Assembly: GCA_964016885.1 (NCBI GenBank)
Contig: OZ024741.1
Location: 174,096,001 to 174,160,000 of the forward strand
DNA length: 64,000 nt
Reading direction: 5' to 3'
DNA from: Eledone cirrhosa
Taxonomy: Eukaryota
This document shows, in pieces, positions 48,564 to 60,331 of the stretch. Each line of letters starts with the position of its first letter. Positions within the stretch are counted from its first letter, which is position 1. Position numbers and translations under genes: made by a program. The notes beneath the pieces were generated by a model that saw only the letters and a program-made list of their open reading frames with translations, searched no databases and was not told the origin of the DNA.

Positions 48564-48853
48564 TCTCCCGCTCTTGCAACTGCCAGACTTAGAAAACAGG
48601 CAAAAATATATAGTTTTTTCGACTGTCTAAATAAGGTAATTAATCTCATTTGCATAATGGTATCATACTGTTATTGATATTCAGTGTACTTGCAAGCAAA
48701 CAGCCTCACAAACATCAGGTATTAGATGACTAACATCATCCCTTTGTTCCAGTGGTAGCTGAGATAAAACAATCAAAAATTGTTTTGAAGAGTTTTACTC
48801 CTTATCAAGGTTGTGTATTCTTGTCATTGCTACCCAAATTTTGTTATATATAT

Positions 48854-50270
48854 ATCATCATCATCGTTTAACGTCCATCTTCCACGCTAGCATGGGTTAG
48901 GGAGTTGTCCCACTCTAGGCAAGATTGGTCGGGTGACCGTGTCTCACTCGTATAGGACTATCTGGCAGGTTTTCTACGGCTGGATGCCCTTCCTAACACC
49001 AACCACATTTACAGTGTGGACTGGGAACTTTTTAACGTGTTACCTACACAGCCACATTACAGATGGACTGTGTCTTTTTGTTGTGACACCTCGATTCTCG
49101 ATCTCGATCTCATTATCTCATTAGTTTGGACTGGATGTTGTGGTACCAACTTTACAGAGAAAGGGTGGTGTTGGTGGGAGTGGGAGGATGGAGTAGGGGT
49201 AGTGGGTTGGGGTGTATATTTGGGTAAGAGGTGCCTACTAACTGTAGGTTTCACTTTGTACATAGGCAAGGCAGGTTATCTGTATTACTGCATGGCGCCA
49301 AAGATCTCGGTCCAGTGACATTGTCTAGGAGAGGTGCAAGTGTGTAAGATTGGAATTTATCAAGTCGTCCCAGGATTTTCTGGGTCTACCTACTCCGTAA
49401 CTTCCATCAATTTTGATCACCCTGCACTTTTTTATACAGCTGTCGTCTTTCGTGTGCATCACGTGACCATACCAACGTAGTCTTCTCTCAAGTAAACAGC
49501 ATCTGATCCTTCTTATTCCTAATTTCTCACTTAGTTCATTTATGTTTTGCTATTCACATATATTACTATTACACATCCAATGGAGCATGCATGCTTCATT
49601 CCTTTCCAGTCTGCGCAGGTCCTCTGCACGTAATGCCCATGTCTCACTGCCATGTAACTGTTCGTATACAGGCATCATACAATCTGCCTTTCATTTTTAG
49701 AGAGAGACTGTTTGTGGCCAACAGCGGTATAAGCTCTCTGAACATTTTCCATCCCATTCTGACTCTGGCTACTGTACTTTCAGAGTACCCTCCACCACTG
49801 CTGATTTTGTCACCCAGGCAATGGAAAGTGTCCACTATTTCTATAGAACCATCTGAGCAATAGAAGGAGCTAGTATCCTATGGGCACTTGCTACTTATTT
49901 CTCCTGAGCATCGGCCACATAAAATCTAGGTTCTTAGATAGCTTACCTGTGATCCCACTACATCTTTTATGTACCCATAGTTTGCATTTGGGACATAAAA
50001 TGGAATTTCTACCTACTCCTTTCCTACACACTGAGCATGGCCATTTCCCAGGGGGTACCTGTGCCCTATTTTCCTTTCTACATACTATAACTTTAGTCTT
50101 AGACAAGTTAACTTTAAGGCCTTTTGATTCTAGGCCATGCTTCCATGTTTCGAATTTCTTCTCTAGTTCAGCCATAGATTCAGCTATGAGTGTTAGATCA
50201 TCTGCGTATAGAAGTTTCCATGGGCAGCCTGTCTTAAACTCCTCTGTTGTAGCCTGAAGTTCAATAATAA

Positions 50271-50272
<2 letters not shown>
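48854..50272 (-). mobile_element. 5'-truncated RTE LINE related to 22322-24677
   Basis: EEFKTGCPWKLLYADD, PHD remnant KWPCSVCRKGVGRNSILCPKC, 3' UTR and (ATG)n tail. (TA)n on both sides. Confidence 0.9.
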
Positions 50273-50304
<32 letters not shown>

Positions 50305-50526
50305 TGAAGTTGGTGGTTCAACACTGGATAGAACTTTTCATTCTGTGTAGTTAACCATAATGCAATAGTATGGAAAGCTCTCAACATGATGCAACTCAAT
50401 CACCTTTGGTGTAAGATTCTGTTGGTGGTGCGTGGACAGAGTTAAACATTATTGAATAAAGCGACAGGAGACCGGAAAGTTGAAATTCCTTTAAAGTTTT
50501 TCTTCTGCAGGCACTATGTATATTTC

Positions 50527-52253
50527 AATGACCAATAAGATTCCAATGGCAGAGAGAGAAATTACTCTTAGTCGATCCGACAGAGGGACCAGCTATTGAG
50601 ATTGACGAATATAGGGTCCAAGAGGCGATTAAGGAAATGAAAAATGGTAAGGCTGCTGGACCATCGGGAATAGTTGCTGAGATGCTGAAGGCATCAGGGG
50701 ACGTAGGCACTAAACTGGTTGCACGCATCATCAATCAGGCTATATATGGTGGTGTCATACCCAAATACTGGTGCAGCAGTATTCTCATAAATTACTACAA
50801 AGGTAAAGGGGATGGGGTAAAGGGGTATAAAACTGATGGATCAGGTTATGAAAGTGGCAGAAAGGATATGAGCACAACTAATTAGAGAAAGGGTCAAACT
50901 AGATGAGATGCAGTTTGGTTTTGTGCCTGGGAAGAGTACAACAGATGCTCTCTTCTTGGTGAGACAATTGCAAGAGAGGTTCTTAGAGAAAAATAAGCCA
51001 TTATACTTGGCCTTTGTTGACCTAGAGAAGGCCTTTGATAGGATACCCCGATATGTCATCTGGTGGTTCCTAAGGAAACTAGGTGTTGAGGAATGGCTTG
51101 TGAGGACAGTGCAAACTTTGTACAGAGGTACTCTCAGTAAAGTCAGGGTAGGAATGGAGTTTAGTGAGGAATTCCAGATACAAGTAGGAGTACATCAAGG
51201 TTCGGTCATCAGCCCGTTCATTATAGTCCTCCAAGCCACAACAGAGGAGTTTAAGACTGGCTGTCCATGGGAACTTCTCTATGCTGACGATCTGGTCCTT
51301 ATAGCAGAATCAGTAGAGGAGCTAGAAAATAAATTTTGGCTATGGAAACAGCAGTTGGAAGCAAGAGGACTGAGAGTGAACCTAGCTAAGACAAAAGTGT
51401 TGATGAGTAGAAAAGAGGACAAAACTCTGATTCCGTCAGGGAAATGGCCATGTTCGATATGCAGAAAAGGAACTGGCATAAATTCTATAAAATGCACACA
51501 ATGCAGATCCTGGGTACACAAGAGATGTAGCGGGATAGCAGGCAAACTAACAGGTAGGGAGAAATATGTATGCAGTAGATGTCAGAGAAATTAGACAGTA
51601 GAAGTCGCATTGATAGACACATTTTTCAAATGCAGGAGGGTGCTATAGAAGTGGTTGATAACTTCCGGTACCTAGGAGATCAGATTTGCATGGGAGGGGG
51701 GTGTTCCGAGGCCATAGTATCTAGAATAAGGATGGGTTGGAAGAAGTTTAAGGAGTTGCTCTCCCTGCGTGCGAAAGGACGGTTATATGATGCCTGTGTG
51801 AGGAGCGCGATGCTGCATGGTAGTGAGACATAGGCAGCAACTGCAGAGGATATGCGATGGCTGGAGAGAAATGAGGCAAGCATGCTCTGTTGGATGTGCA
51901 GTGTAAATGTGCGTGAACGACCCATCATAAATGTGTTGAGAGAGAAACTGTGTCTGAGAGGGATAGAATGTAGTGTACAGGAGAGGAGACTGAAGTGGTA
52001 TGGACATGTGATGCGTATGGAGGATGACCGATGGGTGAAGAAGTGCCAGGAAATGCCAGTTGAAGTAAGACGTGGTAGAGGTAGACCACAAAAAACATGG
52101 GTGGAGGTGGTGAGAACAGACCTCAGATCGTTGAAGCTCACGGTGGAGATGACGAAGGACCGTGACGAGTGGAGAGATGCTGTGCTGAATAAGACCCGTC
52201 CCACCCTTGCAAGCAGAGAAGAGCAGACGTAAAATGATGATGATGATGATGAT
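50527..52253 (+). mobile_element. 5'-truncated RTE LINE, second subfamily (RT + PHD, almost no 3' UTR)
   Basis: KAAGPSG, QFGF, AFVDLEKAFD, YADD, CSIC...CTQC...HKRC...CSRC, FRYLGD, RRLKWYGHV, GRPQKTW. The stop is followed directly by (ATG)n. Several frameshifts. Confidence 0.92.
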
Positions 52254-53556
52254 TAACCCTTACTTAACCCTTTAGCATTTAAATTGGCTGTATCCACCAA
52301 AAATTCTCTCACCTTTTTCTGTTTAAACCAGCTGTGTAACTGGCTACTCATACTTCTGTTAAGGTGTTGTTCTCAAAATAAATAATATCAAAATCTCATA
52401 GATTCGCTATTATGTGAGATAAAGTGTTTACTATGAAAATACAATAGTAAATATAGAGTAATGTAAATGCTGAATTGTTAGACTTAGAACTGTGTATTTA
52501 ATAGTAGAATGTAATAAAAGGATGTGATTAATCACAATAATTCATGAATTTTTTTTTTTTACTTAAAAATGTACTCAATCTTATTCAACAAATTTTAATT
52601 GGATTATATGTTTGCATTTAAAAAAGAAAAATAAAAAAAAAAAAAATTAAAAGTAAGGGAAAGAGAGGAAGGAAGGAGCAACAGACTCTACACCCCCAGT
52701 TTAGGTGGTATATCTCAGCTGTACCATGTGGACAAATGGTGAAGGCATTGCCACAGAGAATAGCCAGTGACACATACTGCATCAGCTATTCCACCTCACA
52801 GAGCTCCTTCCTCAGAAGATGCAATCCTCCCAGTTTTGCAGAGGAAAATGGCAGAGGTCTTGACAGTGACCTGCATGAAAAGAAAGTAATTGGTCAAGTC
52901 ATGGTATTTGGAAATCTCCTTCTCTTCTATATTTGTAGCTGAAATAACATGGTTGAAGGAAGAGAGTAAACCTTCTGCTGAGAAAGATGTCTTACTATAC
53001 TATCTTCCTACTTCTCTGATCTGACATTGTGTATTCTTTCTAGTAATGGCTGTCTTATCTGTGCTACTGCTGGCATTACATTATTTTGTGTTGATTTCTA
53101 GTCAACAAATAATATTGTATGTACAGGTGACATGATAATCATCATCATCACCAACATTATCATTTAACATCCGTTTTCCCTACTAGCATGGGTTGGACAA
53201 GCTCTCACAGACCAAGTCAATACTTGATCAGATCTACATCCACATAGTAGATATGTCAGATGCTGAATTTTCACAGAAAAGGTATTATTGATACACATAC
53301 AGTCTTTAAATATAAGTAATGGTTACATTAATGATGTCTGTGACTGATACACATATATATATACAGTCTTTGATCAAAGGTAATATTTAAAATAATGTTC
53401 TCTGAGGTTGTTACACATGTATATACAGTCCTTAACTAAAAGTAATATTTACATTAATGTTATCTCTCACTGATATACATCTATATACAGCTGTTGATCA
53501 CAAATAATATTTACAAAGTATTCTCTGTTTCTTTGTATTTCTATTGCTGTATACAG

Positions 53557-53687
53557 CTGCTGTACTTCTGTTCTAAATCCACCATGCTTGAGGGTTTCAC
53601 ACGAGCCCTCAGTCTTGCTTGTATTGCACACTTTATCAAAACAGAAGGTTTATCAGACATATCACCTGCACAGCTGCCAGTTGAAGT
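53557..53687 (+). CDS. SPEF2: SPEF2 homolog, exon H (131 bp, phase 0-2)
   Basis: ATACAG|...|GTAAGT. Encodes LLYFCSKSTMLEGFTRALSLACIAHFIKTEGLSDISPAQLPVE, compared with recalled LLYFACHPDTVEGVYRALSVA. Confidence 0.93.
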
Positions 53688-54944
53688 GTAAGTACCTTAT
53701 TTCTTTGTGTCTACCACCATTTACATACTACATATTTTTATATATGTTATTACTGCAATAGCTTGAGATTTCTGCAAATTTCAGATTTTCTGTTATCTTC
53801 ACAATGTTATGATTTTCTATGTTTCTATGATTTTCTATGTTTCACTATATTTTCTAAATACTAGGATTTTTTCCACATGCTGATGTGTATGTGTATATGT
53901 GTGTGCATGTGTGTATGTGCATATGCATACATTTATATGTATGAGTATATAAATATAAACATGCAAACACAGACATACATTCACACACACATACATTTAC
54001 ACAAACACACACAGTGTAGCAAATGAAGTGCCGGCCACTGTTTTGCTATAGGTTTTTCACCATCCCCTTCCTTCCTTTTACACACACACATATTCACACA
54101 AACACACACACACACACACACATTGTGTGACGGACAGAAGTCATTCAAATTTATATATAGATTTTCATTGCTCCTACCTGTCTTTATGTATACACACACA
54201 TACAAGCCACAACAAAAAGCTCCCAGTACACCCTGTAAGGTGCACAAAAATGAACCTAGTGCGTGATGTAAAGTGGTGGCATTAGGAAAGGCATCGAACC
54301 ATAGAAAACCAAGCCAAGAATGGAACATATAAGTAGAATGCTGTCACCTAACCTGTCTAGCTTCAGAAGGTGATAACTTGCCTAACCCATGCAAGCCTGG
54401 TAAATAGACATTAAACAGTGATGATGATGATATACATACACTCCATCTTCTTCACCCACTTATTCCTGAGAGGGTTGTGGAGGCAGAGTCCTCAAACACT
54501 CCTTCCAGCGTGTCCTGTCAGAAGCAACCTTCTCCAACTGATCCAGCTGGAAAGACCAGCCAAGCTCACGGATGTTATCCAACCATCTTGCTCGGGGTCT
54601 ATGTCTGGGTCACCGGCCAGTTGGTTTTGCCAGTAAAATCTGTCCAGTGATTCTTTCCTGAGACATTCTAAAAACATGCCCATAGTATCGGAACTGTGAT
54701 CTCTCAGTTCGGAGAAGCAGTGGCTCTACCTGGAGTGACTCTCTGATCTCCAAGCTACACGCTCTATTGAGTAACATCACTCCAAAGACTCTGGAGGAAC
54801 CCCATTTCAGCCGCTTGTATTCACGATCGTATTCTTTTGGTCATTACCCAAGATTCATGACCATAAGTATTGGTTGGCATGAATACTAAATTGAAGATAG
54901 CGAATTTGGCTTTTCCACCTACCTCCTTTCTTCTGATATATATA

Positions 54945-55045
54945 AAGGTTGTTCCCAAAAAATGTATACACACTTCAACACCATTCTAATAAATACTGCC
55001 TGTTCGGGTAATCAAAGTGTGTATACATTTTGGGGGGACACCCTG
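54945..55045. mobile_element. About 100-bp Tc1/mariner-type MITE
   Basis: TA|AAGGTTGTTCCCAAAAAATGTATACACACTT ... AAGTGTGTATACATTTTGGGGGGACACCCTG|TA. Confidence 0.75.
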
Positions 55046-55480
55046 TATATATATATAGACACACATACATATGTAATTATCGTAAGCTAGCGGTTGTTAT
55101 TAAAACATATAACTCAACTTTACATATAAGACCAGACCTGGGTGATATTTTAAAACTTTTTTTTATATATAATTAAAAAAAAAAAGATATGGGTCTTATA
55201 TGCCACCAAATAAGATAATCATGGATAGCAGAGAATAACATATACAGAGTCAGTATTTGAATAGAACCTAATCTTCATTATCAATACATAGATTTCATGG
55301 AAATCTGTTTACTTTGTATTGAAAATAGAATACAGAAATTTATTGGTAGCTTCTTTTGTTTGTTTGTTTTGTTATTGTTGTTGTTTTTGCGGGTTGGGGT
55401 GGGGGTTAAATCTGCTTGAAATAGAGTCAAAGCATGGTGTTTGAAAGTCAACAAAGAATAAAAATAGATGACTTAAGTTT

Positions 55481-55514
<34 letters not shown>

Positions 55515-55895
55515 AGTAGTTATATATTGTCTGATAGCAAAGAGGATTAGGGTAAAGAGATTATAAATATTTGGAAATAACAGAATTTTATTATTCAGTG
55601 CTGGTAAATATTCTAGAAACCTCCATCATTCACTCTATCACCAATACATGATGGTAAAAAGCCAAAAAGTAAACAAACGAAATAAGAGAAATCTTATTAC
55701 TTGCTATTTGTTTTTATTTATAAATGAAATGAATTATGATTTTCTTTTCTAGCCTAGACTTATTTTTATTGTGATTTGTCTGTAAATAAAAGTTTATATT
55801 ATTTCATGCTAAACGTAAGCATATTATGAAGTAAAGTATCAATATAGTATCAGTTATGAATAAATATGTACGAGGAGTCATATCTTTATACTTAA

Positions 55896-56139
55896 CCCTT
55901 TCATGACCATAGTTTTAATTAAATACACTGTATTCTAATTAATTATTGAAAAATTTAGAGAGGTATATTAAAATTATGAATAGTTTTATTATTGAGGTGA
56001 TATTTATAACATAACTTAACAAAGGTTTCTTACTTAAAATTATGCTGGAAGGTTTTAATTTAAATATGAACTCATATAAAATGGCTATTTTTGTTTCATA
56101 GAATCAAAGGTAGCTTTGAGCAATTCAATATCAAAAGGG
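55896..56139. mobile_element. Degenerate TTAA-type MITE, second family (related sequences near 19050-19310, 56180-56330, 4990-5125)
   Basis: TTAA|CCCTTT ... AAAAGGG|TCAA. Internal ACATAACTTAACAAAGG...GGAAGG is shared between copies. Confidence 0.55.
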
Positions 56140-56477
56140 TCAATAAAGATATATTTAATATAGATGTGAGATTAGGCTTATTGATACCAATCCACCCAAA
56201 ACCACAGCTGGTTCAATGACACAAAACGACACATTTTAAAGCGTTCCTATTTAAATTAAAATCTTGCAACATAATTTTATATAAGAATCTTTTTGTTAAG
56301 TTATGGTACAAATACCATTTTAACCTTTAAAACACTATCGGTGACAAATTATGACAGTAATCTCCCCTTAATATATAATGCACTATCAAGGGAAGGAATT
56401 CATTAAAAAATTCAGCGTGCTGAAGATTAAGTGAATTGGTAAACAATCTGTATTTTTTTTTTTTTATCCTATATAAG

Positions 56478-56688
56478 ACCGGTCCCATCAGCAGAGCCAA
56501 GTATTGAAACCCCAATTGAGATAATTGAACCAGAGGAACAATCCGAGGAACCTGATTTTTCTGTCAGTAAAGTGGAGTCTGAGACTGTAGGAGAGTCAGA
56601 GAGGAAACCTGAATGTACTCATGTTAATATTGAACCTCCCAAGAATTATACACTGAATCAGTTGATACCAATTGAAGCTATTATGCAG
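56478..56688 (+). CDS. SPEF2: SPEF2 homolog, exon I (211 bp, phase 2-0), acidic/proline-rich linker
   Basis: Poly-T tract + TATAAG|...|GTCAGT. The phase matches exon H. Encodes PVPSAEPSIETPIEIIEPEEQSEE...LNQLIPIEAIMQ, positionally equivalent to the acidic linker before recalled MSMETLLKV. Confidence 0.82.
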
Positions 56689-57158
56689 GTCAGTGAAAGT
56701 CTCAGTTTCATATCTCATAATTTATGTTTCCTCCCACCATTCCTCTCTTACCTCCCGCCCTCCCATTCCCACCCACCCGTCCCCCTGTTCCCGCCTTTGT
56801 CCTGCCTTCTTCTCTTCCTTTTTTCCTGCCTCCCTTCCTTCCTTCCCTCCTTCATTTTTTCCTTCTTTCCTCCCCTACCTGTCTTACTCCATCTTCTTCT
56901 TCCATCCTTTCTTCCTCCGTTCTTCCCCCCTCCCTTCCTCCCTCCTCCCTTCCTCCCCCTCCCTTCCTCACTTTTCTGAACCCTCATAGTTCTAGGGACG
57001 CCACTGTGGTATGCCTTTGGCATTTTAAACATGTATACATATGTGTGGTTGTGTGGTTGATATCTTCATATCAACACCATTTAAAAGTAAAGCCAACTGT
57101 GATATTTGTTTATGTTCCCCATTAACACTACACCCATCATAGTAGTATTGGTATAAAC

Positions 57159-57472
57159 CAGAGGTCCCCAACCACCGGCCGCAGACCGGTACCGGTCCGT
57201 GGATCATTTGCTACTGGGCCGCAAAGAAATAATTAACTTGTTTAAAATTATATAATACAATAGATAAATTGAGAATTGGACTTTAATTTTAAAAGATTTA
57301 CATGAGAGTCAAAAGATTATACACTTTTTCTTCACTTTAATAAATTGCTCTCTTTATTATTGTTCTCTTTATGGAAATGCATTTAAATAACACATATGTG
57401 CAACTACCTGTCCGCGGAAAGATTGTCCGGCATGAAGCTGGTCCGTGGTATAAAAAAGGTTGGCGACCACTG
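57159..57472. mobile_element. hAT (Charlie-like) MITE
   Basis: TIRs CAGAGGTCCCCAAC / GTTGGCGACCACTG. Perfect 8-bp TSD GTATAAAC at 57151-57158 and 57473-57480. Confidence 0.9.
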
Positions 57473-57546
57473 GTATAAACCATTCTTAAAAATAAAAGTA
57501 TAGATTGAGGTCAGATAAGGCATCTGGCCATAGGGAGCAAAAACAA

Positions 57547-57593
57547 TCATGATGACAATGACAATAATGATGATGATGATGATGATAATGGCA

Positions 57594-57640
<47 letters not shown>

Positions 57641-58352
57641 GATGATGATAATCCTGATGATAGCAATAATGGTGATGATGATAATGAAAATGATAGTGCT
57701 GCTGATGAAGATGATGATGACAAAGATGGCAATGATGATGATAACAATGATGGTGATAACAATGATGATGATAACAATGATGGTGATAACAATTATGACA
57801 ATGATGATGACAATGTTGGTAATGATGATGATGATAACAATGATGACAATGATGATGATAACAATGATGACAATGATGATGACAATGATGATGATAACAA
57901 TGATGACAATGATGATGACAATGATGGTGATAACAATGATGATGATAACAATGATGATGATGATAACAATGATGATGATAACAACGATGATGATAACAAT
58001 GATGATGATAACAATGATGATGATAACAACGATGATGATAACAATGATGATGATAACAATGATGATGATAACAATGATGATGATAACAACGATGATGATA
58101 ACAATGATGATGATAACAATGATGATGATAACAATGATGATGATAACAATGATGGTGATAACAACGATAATGATAACAATGATGATGATGATAACAATGA
58201 TGGTGATAACAATGATGATGATAACAACGATGATGATAACAACGATGACAATGATGATGACAATGTTGGTAATGATGATGATGATGATAACAATAATGGT
58301 GATGGTGATGACAACAATGATGCTAACAATGATGATGATGGTGATGATGATG
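57547..58352. repeat. (GAT)n-derived repeat with 15-bp unit AATGATGATGATAAC
   Basis: Direct inspection. The M/I/T-rich and S/L-rich ORFs here are artefacts of the repeat. Confidence 0.93.
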
Positions 58353-58806
58353 AAGTGTAAACTCTTGTTTTCTCATGGTGCTATTGTCCAACCATGTTTT
58401 CTCTGACCTTAAGCAACTGCACTGCTCCATAAATGATATTGTTCATTAAAGATCTTACAAATGCCTTTGGTAACACAAACTCCATGGATTAGCTATCTGA
58501 AGACCAAATAGAATGACGGAAATAGCTAAGAGAGGACAGGAAATAATTTAGCAGTAATGCGGTAATTTAATTAAGATTTGTTGATAGTTATTAATATTTA
58601 AATCTGAAAGATAGGTGGTGTGTTTTTTTATGATATGAAAGGAGTGAATGTAGGAATACACCTGTAGAAAATTGTATGTGAATGCGGTCTGTGTATGTGT
58701 GTGTGTGTATGTGTATGTATGTGTATGTATGTGTATGTATGTGTGTGTGTGTATGTATGTGTATGTATGTGTATGTGTATGTATGTGTGTGTGTGTGTAT
58801 ATATAT

Positions 58807-58844
58807 ATGGTGCAACTTTTATGTGCGGAAGATATTAACCATAG

Positions 58845-58881
<37 letters not shown>

Positions 58882-58887
58882 ATGTGT

Positions 58888-58954
<67 letters not shown>

Positions 58955-58989
58955 GTGCAATTTTTATGTGTGGAAGATATTAACCATAG

Positions 58990-59050
<61 letters not shown>

Positions 59051-59088
59051 ATGGTGCAACTTTTATGTGTGGAAGATATTAACCATAG

Positions 59089-59121
<33 letters not shown>

Positions 59122-59180
59122 GTGTGTGTGTGTGAGTGTATATATGGTGCAACTTTTATGTGTGGAAGATATTAACCATA

Positions 59181-59236
<56 letters not shown>

Positions 59237-59240
59237 ATGT
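58807..59240. repeat. Composite tandem repeat: 38-bp constant unit plus variable (TA)n(TG)n, four copies
   Basis: ATGGTGCAACTTTTATGTGTGGAAGATATTAACCATAG at 58807, 58952, 59051 and 59144. Confidence 0.9.
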
Positions 59241-59316
59241 GTGCGAATATATATATAAATGTTTGAGTGTGAATTGTAATTATGAAAGATCATGTTTAGT
59301 TGCTGATGCTGATATA

Positions 59317-59683
59317 TATGCAAGAATATTACAGAAACAATATTAATTATATAATATAATTCACATGACAAGCTACAAAAGTAATCAGAATATAGAAATA
59401 TTACTTACATTATTTATTATACTTAAATTATAGCTATACAGCTGTTTGGAATCTCAGAGAAAATATCCACCAAATACCATGGTTAAAATAAACAAGGTAG
59501 AATTTATTTCAACCATGGTAATTGGTAAATTTTTTTTTATTTGGAATTCATAATCACCTGTATAGATATAATGTAAGTATAATAAGTAATGTAAGTAATA
59601 GTTTTACGTTGTTATTACCTTTGTACCTTGTCAGATGTATTATATTATATAATTAATATTGTTTTCTGTAATATTCTTGCATA
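59317..59683. repeat. Imperfect AT-rich ~365-bp hairpin (possible old MITE)
   Basis: TATGCAAGAATATTACAGAAACAATATTAATTATATAAT ... ATTATATAATTAATATTGTTTTCTGTAATATTCTTGCATA. Inner arms TACCATGGTTAAAATAAA / TTTATTTCAACCATGGTA. Confidence 0.8.
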
Positions 59684-60331
59684 AGAGTTCTCTGAAATAT
59701 ATATATATATATCCTAAACGGACGGTAGTCCATTTAGTAATATTGTTGTGGTTGTGTTTTCGTTGGCAATCGTCTGTTTACGACAGTACAGCGCGGCTCT
59801 ACTTTATTTAACTGAGATAAAACTTATATGAGCATGAACAGTAGATCATTACGCATCTTTTGGCTTGAAAATCTAGAAATTTGGTCCAGCGGGAAAAGGT
59901 TTATAATCAAAGTTTGCTGATAACTCTTGTGTTCAAGTGAGTGAGTAGTAAGCGTGACGCTAGGGGAGGTAATCCAAAAATTACGTTTGCTTTGTAAGTA
60001 AATTGGAGAGAATCACTGCAGTCAAAGTCATTTCTTTGCATGGGTTTTTGTCCATTCTAAAAAGTTAAAATGATAAAGTATTACTACTATATAACTTACA
60101 TCTATTGTTGTAACACCATTGAAATGCACAAGTTTCACCAATTCACTATTATGCACTAATCATCTCAAATGCATTCATGATTTACTAGCTTTGTCATTAA
60201 GCCAGTTGCCTCAACTAGATTGCAATTATACTCAAAAGAACTTTAAAATGTCAATCACTTGTCAGTAATTCACTATGATCATTTTATTATTAGATAGTTG
60301 TTGCTTGCATTGCCTTAAAAAATAGTAGACC

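Noticed and set aside
56689-56990. Pro/Phe/Leu/Ser-rich continuation of ORF 56572..56979
   Set aside because: It lies past the GT donor at 56689 in a low-complexity polypyrimidine intron tract.
57549-58406. Met-rich 285-aa ORF, superficially reflectin-like
   Set aside because: It is a (GAT)n-derived repeat and lacks the Tyr/Arg/Pro/Asp-rich reflectin motifs.
58807-59240. CRISPR-like repeat-spacer pattern
   Set aside because: The spacers are microsatellites of variable length, there are no cas genes, and the context is eukaryotic.
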